64,000 nt of DNA from Octopus vulgaris (taxonomy: Eukaryota). Positions 26,705 to 39,532 of this stretch are shown piece after piece (the stretch's first letter is position 1; every line of letters begins with the position of its first letter). Under the pieces are notes generated by a model. That model was given only the letters and a program-made list of their open reading frames with translations. It was not told the DNA's origin and made no database searches. The stretch spans positions 2,108,001 through 2,172,000 of the forward strand of contig OX597825.1 of assembly GCA_951406725.2 (NCBI GenBank), in the 5' to 3' direction. A program made the translations under genes and the position numbers.

Positions 26705-27190
26705 TTTTAGATTTGTCTCAGACACGAGGCTGTGGCCCAGCTGGGATTTCGCCTTGGACAGTCGATGCCGTTACTTATCGTCTTTTTTAAAGTCTGGTAC
26801 TAATTCCATCGGTTTCAATTTCCCGGGAATATGAACACTTCCAAACCGCTTGTCAACCAGTGATGGGGAACAAACATAGGCACAATGATAAACACACACA
26901 TACACACAAACAAACACACCACGCACACGCACATACACACACAAACCCACACACACTCACCACGCACACACACACACATACACACGCACATACACACACA
27001 CTTAGGCGCGCACACAAATATACACAGCGTGGTTGAGTCTGTTTTCGTCTACCAAATCTATTCTACAAAGCTCCGGTCGGCCCAGCGCTATAGTCAAAGA
27101 CACTTGCCCAAGGTATCACACAGCGGGACTGAACCCAGAATCATAAGAAGGATTAGCAAATTGGTTACCACACAGCCACGGCTCCGCCTA
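26705..27190 (-). mobile_element. SINE family A, diverged full-length copy
   Basis: Both halves match the reverse complement of 23853-24250, with a CA-rich linker. Confidence 0.8.
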
Positions 27191-27460
27191 TATTTCAAAT
27201 TTTGTTTTAAAATTCTAAGCAACAACCAATGAGTCACCTGAAATATTCGGCTTGTCACCTGTCACCTGATATCAAGGAGTTTGACCGCCTAAAATCGTCG
27301 GTAAACAGCTACATACCTCACATTCTATTGTTATTATTTATTCATAAAGTCCAATATTGACTGCTAAAGTAAAACACTATGAAAAAAGAGGGAAAATAAA
27401 GAGTATCTGTGTTAACTTCACATATATTTAGATATGCATGTATGTATGTATGTATGTATG

Positions 27461-27494
<34 letters not shown>

Positions 27495-27577
27495 TATATG
27501 TATGTATGTATGTATGTATGTGTGGATGTATGTATGTATGTATGTATGTTACATATGTATATATACATGTGTATGTG

Positions 27578-27610
<33 letters not shown>

Positions 27611-27946
27611 ATATAAGCGTGGTGTCTGTTTGTTGCACTGTGTGTGTGCATGTGAGTGTATGTGTGTTTGTAAGAGTATAGGTGTGTGAATTTATATATA
27701 CTCGCACGAATATACGCACACATCGCATATCGCCCGGACAAAAGAAAGGTATTCCTGTGTGTATATGTGTGTGTGGTGTGTGCGCGTGTATATATGTTTA
27801 AGGATGCATATATATGTAATATGTGTGTATGTATACGTGTGGACATGTGTATATTGAGGGAGTGAAAGAGTGCAGTAAGAGCGAGAGCAGTAGGAGAGAG
27901 AGAAAGGGACAGAACAAGGAGATAGAGAAAGAGAGACAGAGAGAAG

Positions 27947-27984
<38 letters not shown>

Positions 27985-28297
27985 CAGAGAAAGAATGTGA
28001 GTCTAGATGGACATTTAAAAAAAAAATATATATAATTGGCGTGGGGAATATGACATGTCCGTCCGCTGACGTTCTGAAGGCAAAAAAGCGAAATTTCTAG
28101 AATCAGTCAAGTGTACAACTGACATTTGGCTTTTCTATCGATCGCTGTCTTACAATACTAAAACAATAGCATATTTCACTTGTTGTCGTTTGGCATGTGT
28201 TCAAGTCGCATTATGACAATATTTAATCCCTAAATCTTTTACCTAGCTTATTGACTGAAGACCCTTTGCGGAACATTTGAATATATCTGTGATTTCC

Positions 28298-28347
<50 letters not shown>

Positions 28348-28557
28348 GTAGAGTGCGTTTATCCAGTTATAAGTAATCTACGAACCCTACGTGTATACTA
28401 GCTTCAACATAGTACAAATAGAAAGCTTTAGAATTATATATATATATATATATATATAGATGTAGATATGAATATATATGCATATATATCAATCTATCTA
28501 TCTATGTATCTATCTATCTATATATCTATCTATCTATCTATCTCTCTCTCTCTCTCT

Positions 28558-28617
<60 letters not shown>

Positions 28618-29956
28618 TATAGAATCAAATGAATATATGTGTAGATATATAAATCTTATTGCGCGAAGTGTGCTAGCTGATTACTTTGTTCCCCACAACT
28701 CAATAGGTACTTACCTTATTGACCCCGAAAGCTGAAAGGCAAGATCGGTGTCGGTAGTATTTGAACTCAGAACGTAAAACGTTCAATGATGCTCTTCATG
28801 TTCGTGTAGCAGCAATATGATAGTTTAATCGAGAGTCTGTTAAATGTGTGTGTGTGCATTTGGGATTTTCTGGGAAATGCATATCGAAGAGAGATATCTG
28901 CTCTTTTTCATTGTGATGCTTTGTTTTCTGATCTGATTTGAAACTTGCATAGGCCATGTGACCAGAGCCCGAAGTTTACTTCGTGACACTAGGTATGTTT
29001 TAAAACCTGTCTATATAATATCTTCAATGTGTGAGATTATTAGTAGCACATAACTATACATTCCGTACAATAAACTATATATATATATATACAGCTAAAT
29101 CCACAATTTTATTTTTATTCTCTCTATTTATTTCCTCGTGTTCCTCTCTGTTGAAGAGCTTTGGCACGAAATGTAACAGATTTTCTCACCTTCCCGAGAG
29201 TCAAACTAATGCACCTACCAGTTGTTTATACACCAGTATTCGTCTTTTGTTTTTCTGTAAATTTCAACTGTATGTATGTATGTATGTATGTAATGAATGC
29301 ATACATGCATGTATGTATGTATGTATGTATGTATGTATGTATGTATGAATGCATGCATGCATGTATGTATGTATGTATGAATGCATGCATGCATGTATGT
29401 ATGTATGTATGTATGTATGCATGCATGTATGTATGTACGCATGTATGTATGTACGTACGTACGTATATATGTATGTATATATGTATTGGGGAATGCTTTG
29501 ATTGGCATCATACATTTAAACATGTATGTATGTATTCCTGTATTATATATACATCTGCAAGAGCCTGAGTATATATAAACGAACAGTTGAGGAAAACATC
29601 TCATTGTGGAATGTTCAGAGTTTACTTCTACTAAAACTATGAAGTCTAATCCAAAATAATTGAAGCGGAAAAATTCCTCCTTAAACAACGTCGTATTTGT
29701 ATGCCCTGAAGAGATCGCAACAACAATGCATAAATCGGTTCGACGGAAACGAGTGTCAGTCTATTTTATTAACGGGGAATAAACTTAGTGTTTGAATGAT
29801 AAAGCTCTTCATTCTCGTTATTTTTAATATTGTGCTTTACATTCTAGATTGTCAAGAAATAAACAGGAATATCGGATGAGAGCTAAAGGTAGATTATCAA
29901 AAACTCAGAAGGAACCGGCCTTGGCATTTTACTCAGAGAAATTCTGTATCTGCATA

Positions 29957-30026
<70 letters not shown>

Positions 30027-30137
30027 AAAAAAGGAGATGTCGAACACGAGTATATATATATATAACAAATAACCTAAAAAGAACTTTCACCTAATTAAAT
30101 ATTAAATTACTTCAATTATTTTCAGCATTTTTCATTT

Positions 30138-30180
<43 letters not shown>

Positions 30181-31194
30181 GAACAGAGAGGATGCCGGTC
30201 ATATATATATATATGTATATATATGTATATATTATATGTATATATATGTATATATTGCCCCTGGTGGTTAGTAAAGAAATATATATATATATATATATAT
30301 ATATGCATATTGTCATTGTTGGAATGCCTAAAATTGCATACTTTCGGGATAAAGAACAGAACGTGCATGCTTTGCTTATGCTTGTAATTGCCTACGCAGG
30401 CGTAAGGCCGGGTTGGGGCTGAGCAAAAAAAATCGAAACAGAACAAAACAACAACATAATTTCAAAAAATACTGTTGTTTAGCATTGGATTTACTTTCAT
30501 GGAGTAGAACTGTGATAAAACCCATTCCAGTTATAACCATTGCACCATGTTTTTCTCTTGTAAAGCAAAGGGTTTCCATGTCGGGTCTACATTGTTATGA
30601 CAGTAAGGAATACCTCGGGGAACGTTTAGTTGCTACACAGCAACAGTTTTTGTTATAAATGAGTGTCTTCAATTGAAGGTCTCATTACAAGATGTGAAGT
30701 CTTTAATCCAGGGAACACTGATACTGGGGAGAGGAAAATAACAGGGAAAATCCATTAGTAAATAGGGTTTAGGGAGTTTGAGGCGGGTGAAATAAAATAA
30801 CTTAAAATAAGATAAAAGCAGATAAAATGAAGTATGAGGAGGTTTAATTTTAATCATAGATTTAGGGATATAAAAGTTTTCAAGGTTCATGGATATAAGG
30901 GATTAAGTGATTTATAAAAGTTTTTGGATATGGAAGTGGATATAAAAAGATAAATAGGTAGATAAATAAATAGACAGACAGAAGAGCAGATAGAAAGATA
31001 TTTTATTTTATATTAATTAATTTTATTTCCCTTTACAATGTGTTACCCTCTGTTATCTGACTATATTCATACCATGTTGCCTGGGATAGATCAGGACATT
31101 ATTGAACATTGGGGTAACATGGTCATGTTGGGAATGTTCAAAATAATCATGTGTAATGAGAGTATCTCTGTATAGAGAACCTCTTAGTGATATC

Positions 31195-31350
31195 ACGAAA
31201 TGCTAGAAATAGCAGCTAAATTATCTCACATCACATCCTTCTGTCCTAATTAAGCTGGCACATTTACATTTAGATATCCTAAAATTGCTTGCTTAACACT
31301 GCTGTAATCTCTTTGAACATAGACATATTCGGTCACGCTTCAGCTGGGGC
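31195..31350 (+). repeat. Old interspersed repeat family C (GCTAGAAATAGCAGCYAAAT..TCAAATCACAYCC consensus)
   Basis: Related diverged motifs near 25555, 25820, 36050(-), 40560(-), 41760(-), 41910(-), 42360, 43520, 55330(-) and 60437. Confidence 0.6.
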
Positions 31351-31459
31351 AAACTGCAATCACAGTTGCACCAATAAATTTACAAGAATACGTAAGTGAT
31401 ATTTTATTTCATCGCTATTTTGCTTTAAATTTTTTATTTCCCTTTCTTCTAAATTACAG

Positions 31460-31583
31460 TTCACAGACATCCTCCAAACAGAAATATAGAAATATACAGC
31501 ATACATAGAGGATGTCCATATTATTTACTCTTCACTGGAGACGCTGGCACCCTCGATGAGTATCGAACCTTCAGCAATGCCAG
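31460..31583 (+). CDS. Candidate exon (124 nt), unidentified
   Basis: Long pyrimidine tract plus TTACAG acceptor, open frame HRHPPNRNIEIYSIHRGCPYYLLFTGDAGTLDEYRTFSNA, and CAG|GTATGG donor. Preceded by a 69-nt GTAAGT...AG segment. Confidence 0.3.
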
Positions 31584-32486
31584 GTATGGCGAAGCTACCT
31601 GCAAATTTCCCGCTCTTTAATCATTTTGACTGTTACAAATAGAAATCATTACATAGGATTATTCACACGATTCATATTTGCTAATTAGTTTAAAAGAATA
31701 ATTTGGAAACTCGGACGGTATTCTTGGCAGACTGAGAAAAACAGCGAAAATATTTCTTTCTTGGCGCATCACGGGGATTTGTAATGGAAATTAATTGAAT
31801 ATTATCCTATCAACAAGAACCTTCTAATGATTGAACTGATGAAGTAACTTATTATACAATTCTTTTAAATATTACGATTACTATGACGCTTAAATACTGT
31901 TTTCAGTTACGGACAAACACATGGCTGTTATATGTTGAAGAGATTTATTACAAAATTTCTTTTTTCTCTCGGGTTTGATACCAACCGAACTGACCTTGCA
32001 CAAATGTTTTTACTATACTGGTTTAAACCAGACACTTGTTTTGAAATTTGGTAAATAGCAAAGCATGTTCATGCTCAACAGATAAATTGTTCATGTTCTG
32101 ACATTAAGCCACCGCTCTATTTAATAACATCAGTTGGATCTACAGAGATTTAGCGAAGCTTATGATGGGGGGAATTTTCGATTCAGGTTTTGTAACTTAT
32201 CTCTGTAGGATAAGTTTTTTTACTTCTCCAATCATTGCCAGAGTTATTTAAAATTATGATGGTGGGGAGACTACCCTCCTTTCTCTGGTTTAACTTTAAA
32301 ACATATCTTTAAAGCTTCCATATTTGATGATATAATATATTGCCAGCCACAGACTACTTTTCTGTGGTGACCAAAGAAACAATGGCCAAACGTATACATG
32401 ATATAGTGTTATAGGAGAAATAGTACCCAAATCTCCTTCTGCTTAAATCCTACATATTTTTTGATGAGAGAGAGAGAGAGAGAGAT

Positions 32487-32526
<40 letters not shown>

Positions 32527-32715
32527 TTATGGGTTACGATAATTCCTAGTTACCATATTCAATCCCTGTCTTTTTCCTTTTTCAACGTTCAAGCAAAGTG
32601 TTGGATACCCATATTTGTAATAATATTGATTATAAGCTTGCTAAATCGTAAGGACAGTAGTTCCATTACGCTAATAGTTTCAATATATTTCGTAACGTTG
32701 TCACTTTCCTGCAGA

Positions 32716-32755
<40 letters not shown>

Positions 32756-33767
32756 ATTCTCTCACGTCACAAACCGTTAATTCCTTTCTTTCATTATTCC
32801 TTGTAGTGTTCGAGAGTGTTGTTGTGTAACAGATGATCAAATCTATGCCCACACCTACACCTATTAGCCGTGACCATCCCACCTTTCATCATATATAGAG
32901 TGCTTAGGGATTAGAGATTATCAAATGCTCCTCTCATGATTTAAGGTAATAGACTGGAATTTGAAGGAATCATTGCTTTACCTTGCAATTCAAGTAATTT
33001 AATAACATTAATTACAAAGTTGTTTTCTTGTTTGTTTTCGCCCTTAAGGTTGTCTAAAGATTCATATTCTTGCAGAATCTCAAAAGCTCATTATTATTAA
33101 TTTTGCACACACTAATCCGTTCCTTGTCAGCAAAAGCAACGCTAAATACATATTCTTTACATAGTTAGAGGCAAGACAACCTTTCGTGCCACTCCGTTGT
33201 ATTCAACGACAAATATTGCGCAACTTTTCATGCAAATATTTACATACAATATTGTTAGAAATGAAATCAAACAATATTGATAGAAGTCGTACAGGAAAAA
33301 AAAAACCCCAAAAAACATAACAGAGGATAAATTTGTGGTCTATTTATTCTTCGTTTGCTTCCTTCTGCGGTTACTCTTTGATATATTTACACATTGGTTT
33401 CTCAAGTGACTTGCTTAAGCGGACTTGGAATTCTGTCAAAGCCGTAGTATGAGCGTGTATCGAGGGAAGTTGCACCGAATCTCTACCCTGTCAGTACCCG
33501 CGTATATACATATACATACAGAAATACATACATACATGCATTTAAACACACACACACACACGTGTATGTGTATATATGCATGTCTTTACTTATGAATGTG
33601 CGAGTTTGTGTGTTTCTGTGTGTAAACACAGGCATAGCAGAAGCACACATACTTCGATGACCACAAATACAGACAAAATTCTACGCACGCGTGTCCACCC
33701 CCACACATATGCACAGCATACACGCTCATACACCGACATACACACAGGCACGCGGAAGCACAATGTA

Positions 33768-33804
<37 letters not shown>

Positions 33805-34374
33805 GTGTGTGTGCCAGTATCCATGACTTCAAAAGACAAAACGTTTGATTAAACTTTGAGTGAAAGAGAGGCAGAAAGAGAAGCAAACACAGAAGGGGGT
33901 GTAGGGAGAGGGAAAGAGAAAACTAAACAGTGAGTGAGTATTGTGCGTGTGAATGTATGTGTGTGTGTGTGTGTGTGTATGTGTGTGTGTGTGCTCAAGA
34001 GTGGTGGAGAGAGAGAGAAAGAAGAGTGAGAAGTGAAGGAGAGGGTGGGAGAGAAATGTCATAACATCAGAATGTTACATTTACCAATGAATGGTATCGA
34101 TCCAAATTTAATCCTAGCGGTATTTCAGATAGTGTAGCCATTACTTGAACATGTAAATCAATCTCCATTAAGTAGCATTAATCCATCTCTCGTGTTGCTC
34201 CATCACTTCCGGTCTCTATTTTCCTGCTTCGAAATCTTTTATTGTTCTCAAACTCTTCGACGTCTCAAATTCATTCATGCCTGCTTCGTCGGAATTCTTT
34301 CTTTTTATCTCTATTCTTTCTTTTCATTCCCTTCAGTCTTTAATGGGTTTAATATCGCTCTCTTCCATCTGACA

Positions 34375-34426
<52 letters not shown>

Positions 34427-35034
34427 ATTTCTTTCTTTCTTTCTTTCTTTTGTCATCCTTTCTTTGGCGGCCATATTAGTTTCACCATTTCTTTCATTCT
34501 CTTCTCGTTTTCCCCATCCCCGCTATCGTCGTCTTTCCTCATTAATTCATTCTTTCTGTTTTCCCTTCTTTGTTTGTTTCTTTGGTTCTTGTAAGACACT
34601 CTCCCTGGACCATTCCTCTCTCATTTTCTCCCTATATTTCCCTCTCTTTGACCCACTTTATCAATCTCTCTCCTCCTCAAGTTTCTTGACTTTGTGTATC
34701 ATTGCATCGATTAGTTCTTACCTGCCAATCACTATCTATCAGACGATTTATCCACGCATGGAATGCCTTTCTATCTTTCTCTTTCACTCACTCGCTTTCT
34801 TAATGCGTAGATGTATGATGGCGGCCGCAATGCTTTTGACGATGCTCGATCGACGAAACAATCTATTCATGATGTGGCTGAGTATTCCACACATTATTTG
34901 AATAAATTTCCAGCAGTAAAAGTACCACAGCCGTATCATTCAACTATATATACGATTTGTATATGAGTTCATTGACTGCTTTTTTTATAAAGCATATACT
35001 GTGCATTCACTGATTTCATTTGTACATATAAACG

Positions 35035-35105
<71 letters not shown>

Positions 35106-35214
35106 ATATTCAACTACACCTACACATACACGTCAACACATACACACATACAGTTATATATAAATCTTGTAATAGTTTTACACTGCCAATAGTCTTGAAT
35201 ATGATTTTTATATT

Positions 35215-35550
35215 AGTTCCAGATGAGTTCCGAACACACACGACTACAATGAAAGATACCTCAGCTGTGACCAAAAAAGAAAATGGATCCAGTACATCTT
35301 GGACGACATCAACCAAGTGATGCCACACGTTCTAGTGCCAAGGGTGTTGTAAGTTTCGATTCTCGAGTTCGGTTCGTTGTGATCTAAGAGTGAAGCACTT
35401 AAATTCACATTGCTGCAGTTCAGTCATCTGGAAATGGGTTTCAACAATGGCTATCCCGTCGAGATGCGAATGTTGTAATCTTATGGAAAGAAGGTGGAGC
35501 TTCTGTTTTAAGAATCCTAGGCTTCCTGACAGATCTGAATTTAAGTCCAT
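35215..35550 (-). pseudogene. Possible decayed RTE-type LINE endonuclease remnant
   Basis: LSIRLQHSHLDGIAIVETHF resembles the LxRxxxDIxAxxETR motif; stops follow. Confidence 0.3.
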
Positions 35551-37007
35551 TAATCAGTATATCCCTATATATTTAAGATTTGAATGATACCAGGCTGCTA
35601 CTTGAAGGAAGTCAAAGCCTCTTTACATCCAATAATATTGTGATGCTAGCAGTAATGAAGCGACTGAGGTTTGTATTTCGAAAGAAACATTTACTCGCCT
35701 TTATTTTTTCTTCCTTTATAAAGTTTTAAACAGAGGATGAAGGGCAGCCATTCGCTTCTAGATAGATGGGGGAATAGAGCCGGTTCAGTGACCCAAATGC
35801 TAGCAAGACAAAGGCCCTTTGTTAAAATCATTTAAGATCCAGATGGTTGTGTAAAGCTGGATGATCTATCAATATATGAAGCCAAGCTCTGAAGAAAAGA
35901 AATCTCAGTCATGCGTCTCGCAGTTTCATTTTGTTCATTTTTCTTTTAGTTTATTCCATTTGATTTTCGCTGAAGCTGATCTGCCTCTACGCCCAGGCAG
36001 AGACTATTTAAAATTCCCTTCTCACATATAATATACTTCCTTTCCTTTAAAGTGATTGGATGATATGTGTTGAAATAGACCTGGCTGCTATTTCTAATTC
36101 GCTGGTAGGAAGGCTGGTTGAGATGTAGGAATTTAGTTGCTATTTTCCACGTGCTTTTTTGCTTCATCCATTAATTAAAAGATATTTGATTTGAAAAAGT
36201 TTTGGCAGTTATTTTTAGCAACTCGAACGCCTACAAAGTTAATCCTTTAACTTTCTTTCAACAAGTATGCAGGTTTTGATTTGAGACAGATTCGTTTGCT
36301 ACTTGTAGCAGGACTTTATTCCATAGACCCCTGTGAATCCGAGTAATCGATACTTTGAATTATTCCACTCCTGAACTTTGACATGTCTCTACATTTACAG
36401 ATTTAAAATTTAGTCCGCAGCAACTTAACCTGACTTAATACTTGGAAAGGAGACTGTAAAATACTTTCGTCTATCCTTGAATTTATTTTATAATTTTGTT
36501 TTTCTTCTATTGGGCAAGGGAAGAGCCATATATCTTGATGATTATAAGATTCTATGAGATATTCTTAAATGCTTCAAATCTGATAATAACTAGGCGTTGC
36601 TACACTTCAGATAAACAATATAACAGTTAGGGTTAAGACACCCGCCGTAAAACGGCGTTTGGCGCGAAGAGGAATTATTACGAATGATCTTACGGAGGTG
36701 CAAATCTGAGAAGCGACACAAAGTCTGCACTCAAATACTAAACGAAAAAATTCAACCTCGGCAGCATTAGAACTCAGAACAAAAGGCAGCGAAAATAATA
36801 ACCACAAAGTATCTTGCCCTGTGCTCTAACGATTAGGAATTCATTCATTCCTAACACTTGGACTTGGCAATGTATAAGTAAGTGGAATCTCTTTCTTTGA
36901 ATGAACAGCTAATCATTCATTTTTTTTTTCGAGGAAATTTGAATTTATCTCATAAATAGAAACCATACACGCATGAACACATGAAAATACAAACACGCAC
37001 TGCACAC

Positions 37008-37095
<88 letters not shown>

Positions 37096-38179
37096 GTGTG
37101 TCCGTCTGTCTGTCTGTCTGTGTGTCCGTCTGTCTGTCTGTCTGTCTCTGTCTGTCTCTCCCTGTCTCTCTGTCACTGTCTCTGTCTCTGTCTCTGTCTC
37201 TGTCTCTGTCTCTGTCTCTGTCTCTCTTTCTCTGTATATATATAAATATATATATATATATATGCAAATAAAAATACACGCAGAAGTGCAAAAGCATATA
37301 TATATTCAGTCTCACACACGTGACATCAACAGTTTCACATTATCATATTGACACAGGAAACGAATTCATTGGTACGCAATCAATCATTGCGTGTGTGCTT
37401 TTGTGAGAACGTGCGGCTGTATCTGGGTGAATTAGCGCGTGAATGATTGAAATGTGTGTGTGTGTGTGTGAGAGAGAGTGCGTGTGTGGAGAAATTGGTT
37501 GCTGAATGACTAGATTATTACCTTGACGACATTTAGTTCGACACACAAACACACTTAACTCATACACACACACACACACACAAACACCTATACACTTACA
37601 TATTCACATACACACGCATCAGAGACACATACTGATGGAAGCAGAAAGGTGTTACATCTTGTGAGTTTCAACTGACAATTATCAGCGACACTGTAGCAAT
37701 CTGAAGATGCGACTAATAGTTTTAACATGAAAATCAGTAGGTCTTCTAAGAGTTTGCTATATCGTTAAATAGTTCATTTACTTCTTTTCTTATCTGGAAA
37801 AATGGCGTAAGTAGATTGGCAGACAACCAGGGTGACTATTTAATCTTTCCAGTATTCTCTTCATGCTCAAACGAGTTCATGCATTACTCTACTTATTTGA
37901 ATAATAAGACGTCGCTATTGTTATTGTGAGCGGTTCTGGTGAGAGTGTGTGGGTGTGTGGGGGGATTTCACATTCAGATTCAATAAGCTAAGTCACGAAA
38001 ATTCCAACAAGTGCGTTAGAGATGAACTCTGAAACCAACATTCGACTGGTTATATACAAATATTAACTTAATTTCTTGATACGAGTTGAGATCTATAAAA
38101 TTATATGAAGTTCTTAATTCAAGCAAGATTCTATGAATCGAAATCATTTACCAGTTGACCTCACGAAGGATTCGAGACC

Positions 38180-38242
<63 letters not shown>

Positions 38243-38973
38243 GTTATCTACTTTCAGTAATAAGAACTACCACGCGCTGCAATGTGTAAGTTCTAAGCGA
38301 GAATTATATTGTTTCGTTAAACTATTGTTTTATGCTCTGAAAATATTATTGAAAATATTTAATATGCACGCAATATTTTTTTTTTCTGAGATACATAATA
38401 TGTAAACCTTGAATTTTTTAATTGCCTATTTCATGTTTTCAGTAATAACCAAGGCACCAACAATTACAGAGTTTATTTCTGTTTTTGAGTCTAAACATTC
38501 TGGTTATCTCGATTTCTAGATCTTAATGTTTAAATATTTTCTACATTTCGTTTAAAAACGTGTCGTTGCATGTTGCAATTCACAATTCGGTTACCACTTA
38601 CATCCTTTCTTGACGCTAACCGAAAACAATAACACTTCCATTTCACTTAGCGTTCTTGTCTGAGTGTCATATGCTAGAGTATGACCACTGTGTTATATTC
38701 TGAGTATACTTCTGGTGTTTGTTTGTGATACCGCTTTGCTGTTGGCTTTTCGTAATGCGGTCACTAACGCAAGTATATGAAATGCCCCATTTTGTCATGC
38801 CTTATTTCTCCTTAATTCCAGGTATTATGTGACTATATGATGTGTTATGCCTTATTACAAGTGTTTCGTTGTTTCTCTGTTTTCAGATGTGCATTCCTCA
38901 GACATTGCAGCAATGTTTCTGTTTATTTGCAGATTCAATGTCAGCGTGTTTTACTTTCGTTTTAGTATGGCAG

Positions 38974-39124
38974 ACTGCTGTCCAGTTTTAGCTCCGCGGT
39001 TGGCCTTTATCCAGTTTGTGTTGTTATTTTGCGTCCCTCTCCCGCTTATTTAGCGGGAGAGGGACGCAAAATGACAAGACAAACTGCATAAAGGCCGAAT
39101 GGGAGGCTAAAACTGGACAGCAGT
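38974..39124. repeat. ~150-bp near-perfect palindrome (73-bp arms, 5-nt loop)
   Basis: 38974-39046 pairs with 39052-39124 around loop TATTT; the inner ~20 bp are perfect. Confidence 0.95.
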
Positions 39125-39330
39125 TGTCACGTCTGCAATTGTCTTGTATTCGTTAACGTCCTCGAAAAAATAAAACGTATTTTGAAATGTTCTGAAGCTT
39201 CGTTTGCAAATATACTGAAAATTGTACTCTAGTAAAGGAATATTTTGAGAATAGAAAGAAATAAGTAGCTCGAAAGGAAATGGGATGATAAACTGAACAA
39301 CTACGGGTTAACAGGCTACCAAATGCTTAC

Positions 39331-39532
39331 AGTCTCTCGATTTCCTGTAATTTAGACCGCCTCATGGTCTCAACAAAAAACGCTTTGGCCCGGAGTGTGG
39401 CGGGCGCGATGGGCTGGAACAACCCATCTGACTCACGGGTGTCGCACTTGCGGATAGTAATTTCCGCTTCGATGGCGGTGAGCACAGATATGGGTTCCCG
39501 AGCCGAGAAAAGAACCAGGTTCGACCATAAAC
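39331..39532 (-). CDS. Candidate protein-coding exon (202 nt, phase 1-2) of an unidentified host gene
   Basis: GC-rich island in AT-rich background. CTCTCTTACAG acceptor and CT|GTAAGC donor. Single open frame GLWSNLVLFSAREPISVLTAIEAEITIRKCDTRESDGLFQPIAPATLRAKAFFVETMRRSKLQEIER with natural composition. Confidence 0.55.

Noticed and set aside
29700-29762. CTGAAGA ... GAAACGAGTGTC hammerhead candidate
   Set aside because: Stem I does not pair and extra bases separate stem II from GAAA.
39331-39532. Faint resemblance of the exon peptide to GREB1-family sequence
   Set aside because: Only scattered identities recalled from memory; not enough to assign a gene symbol.
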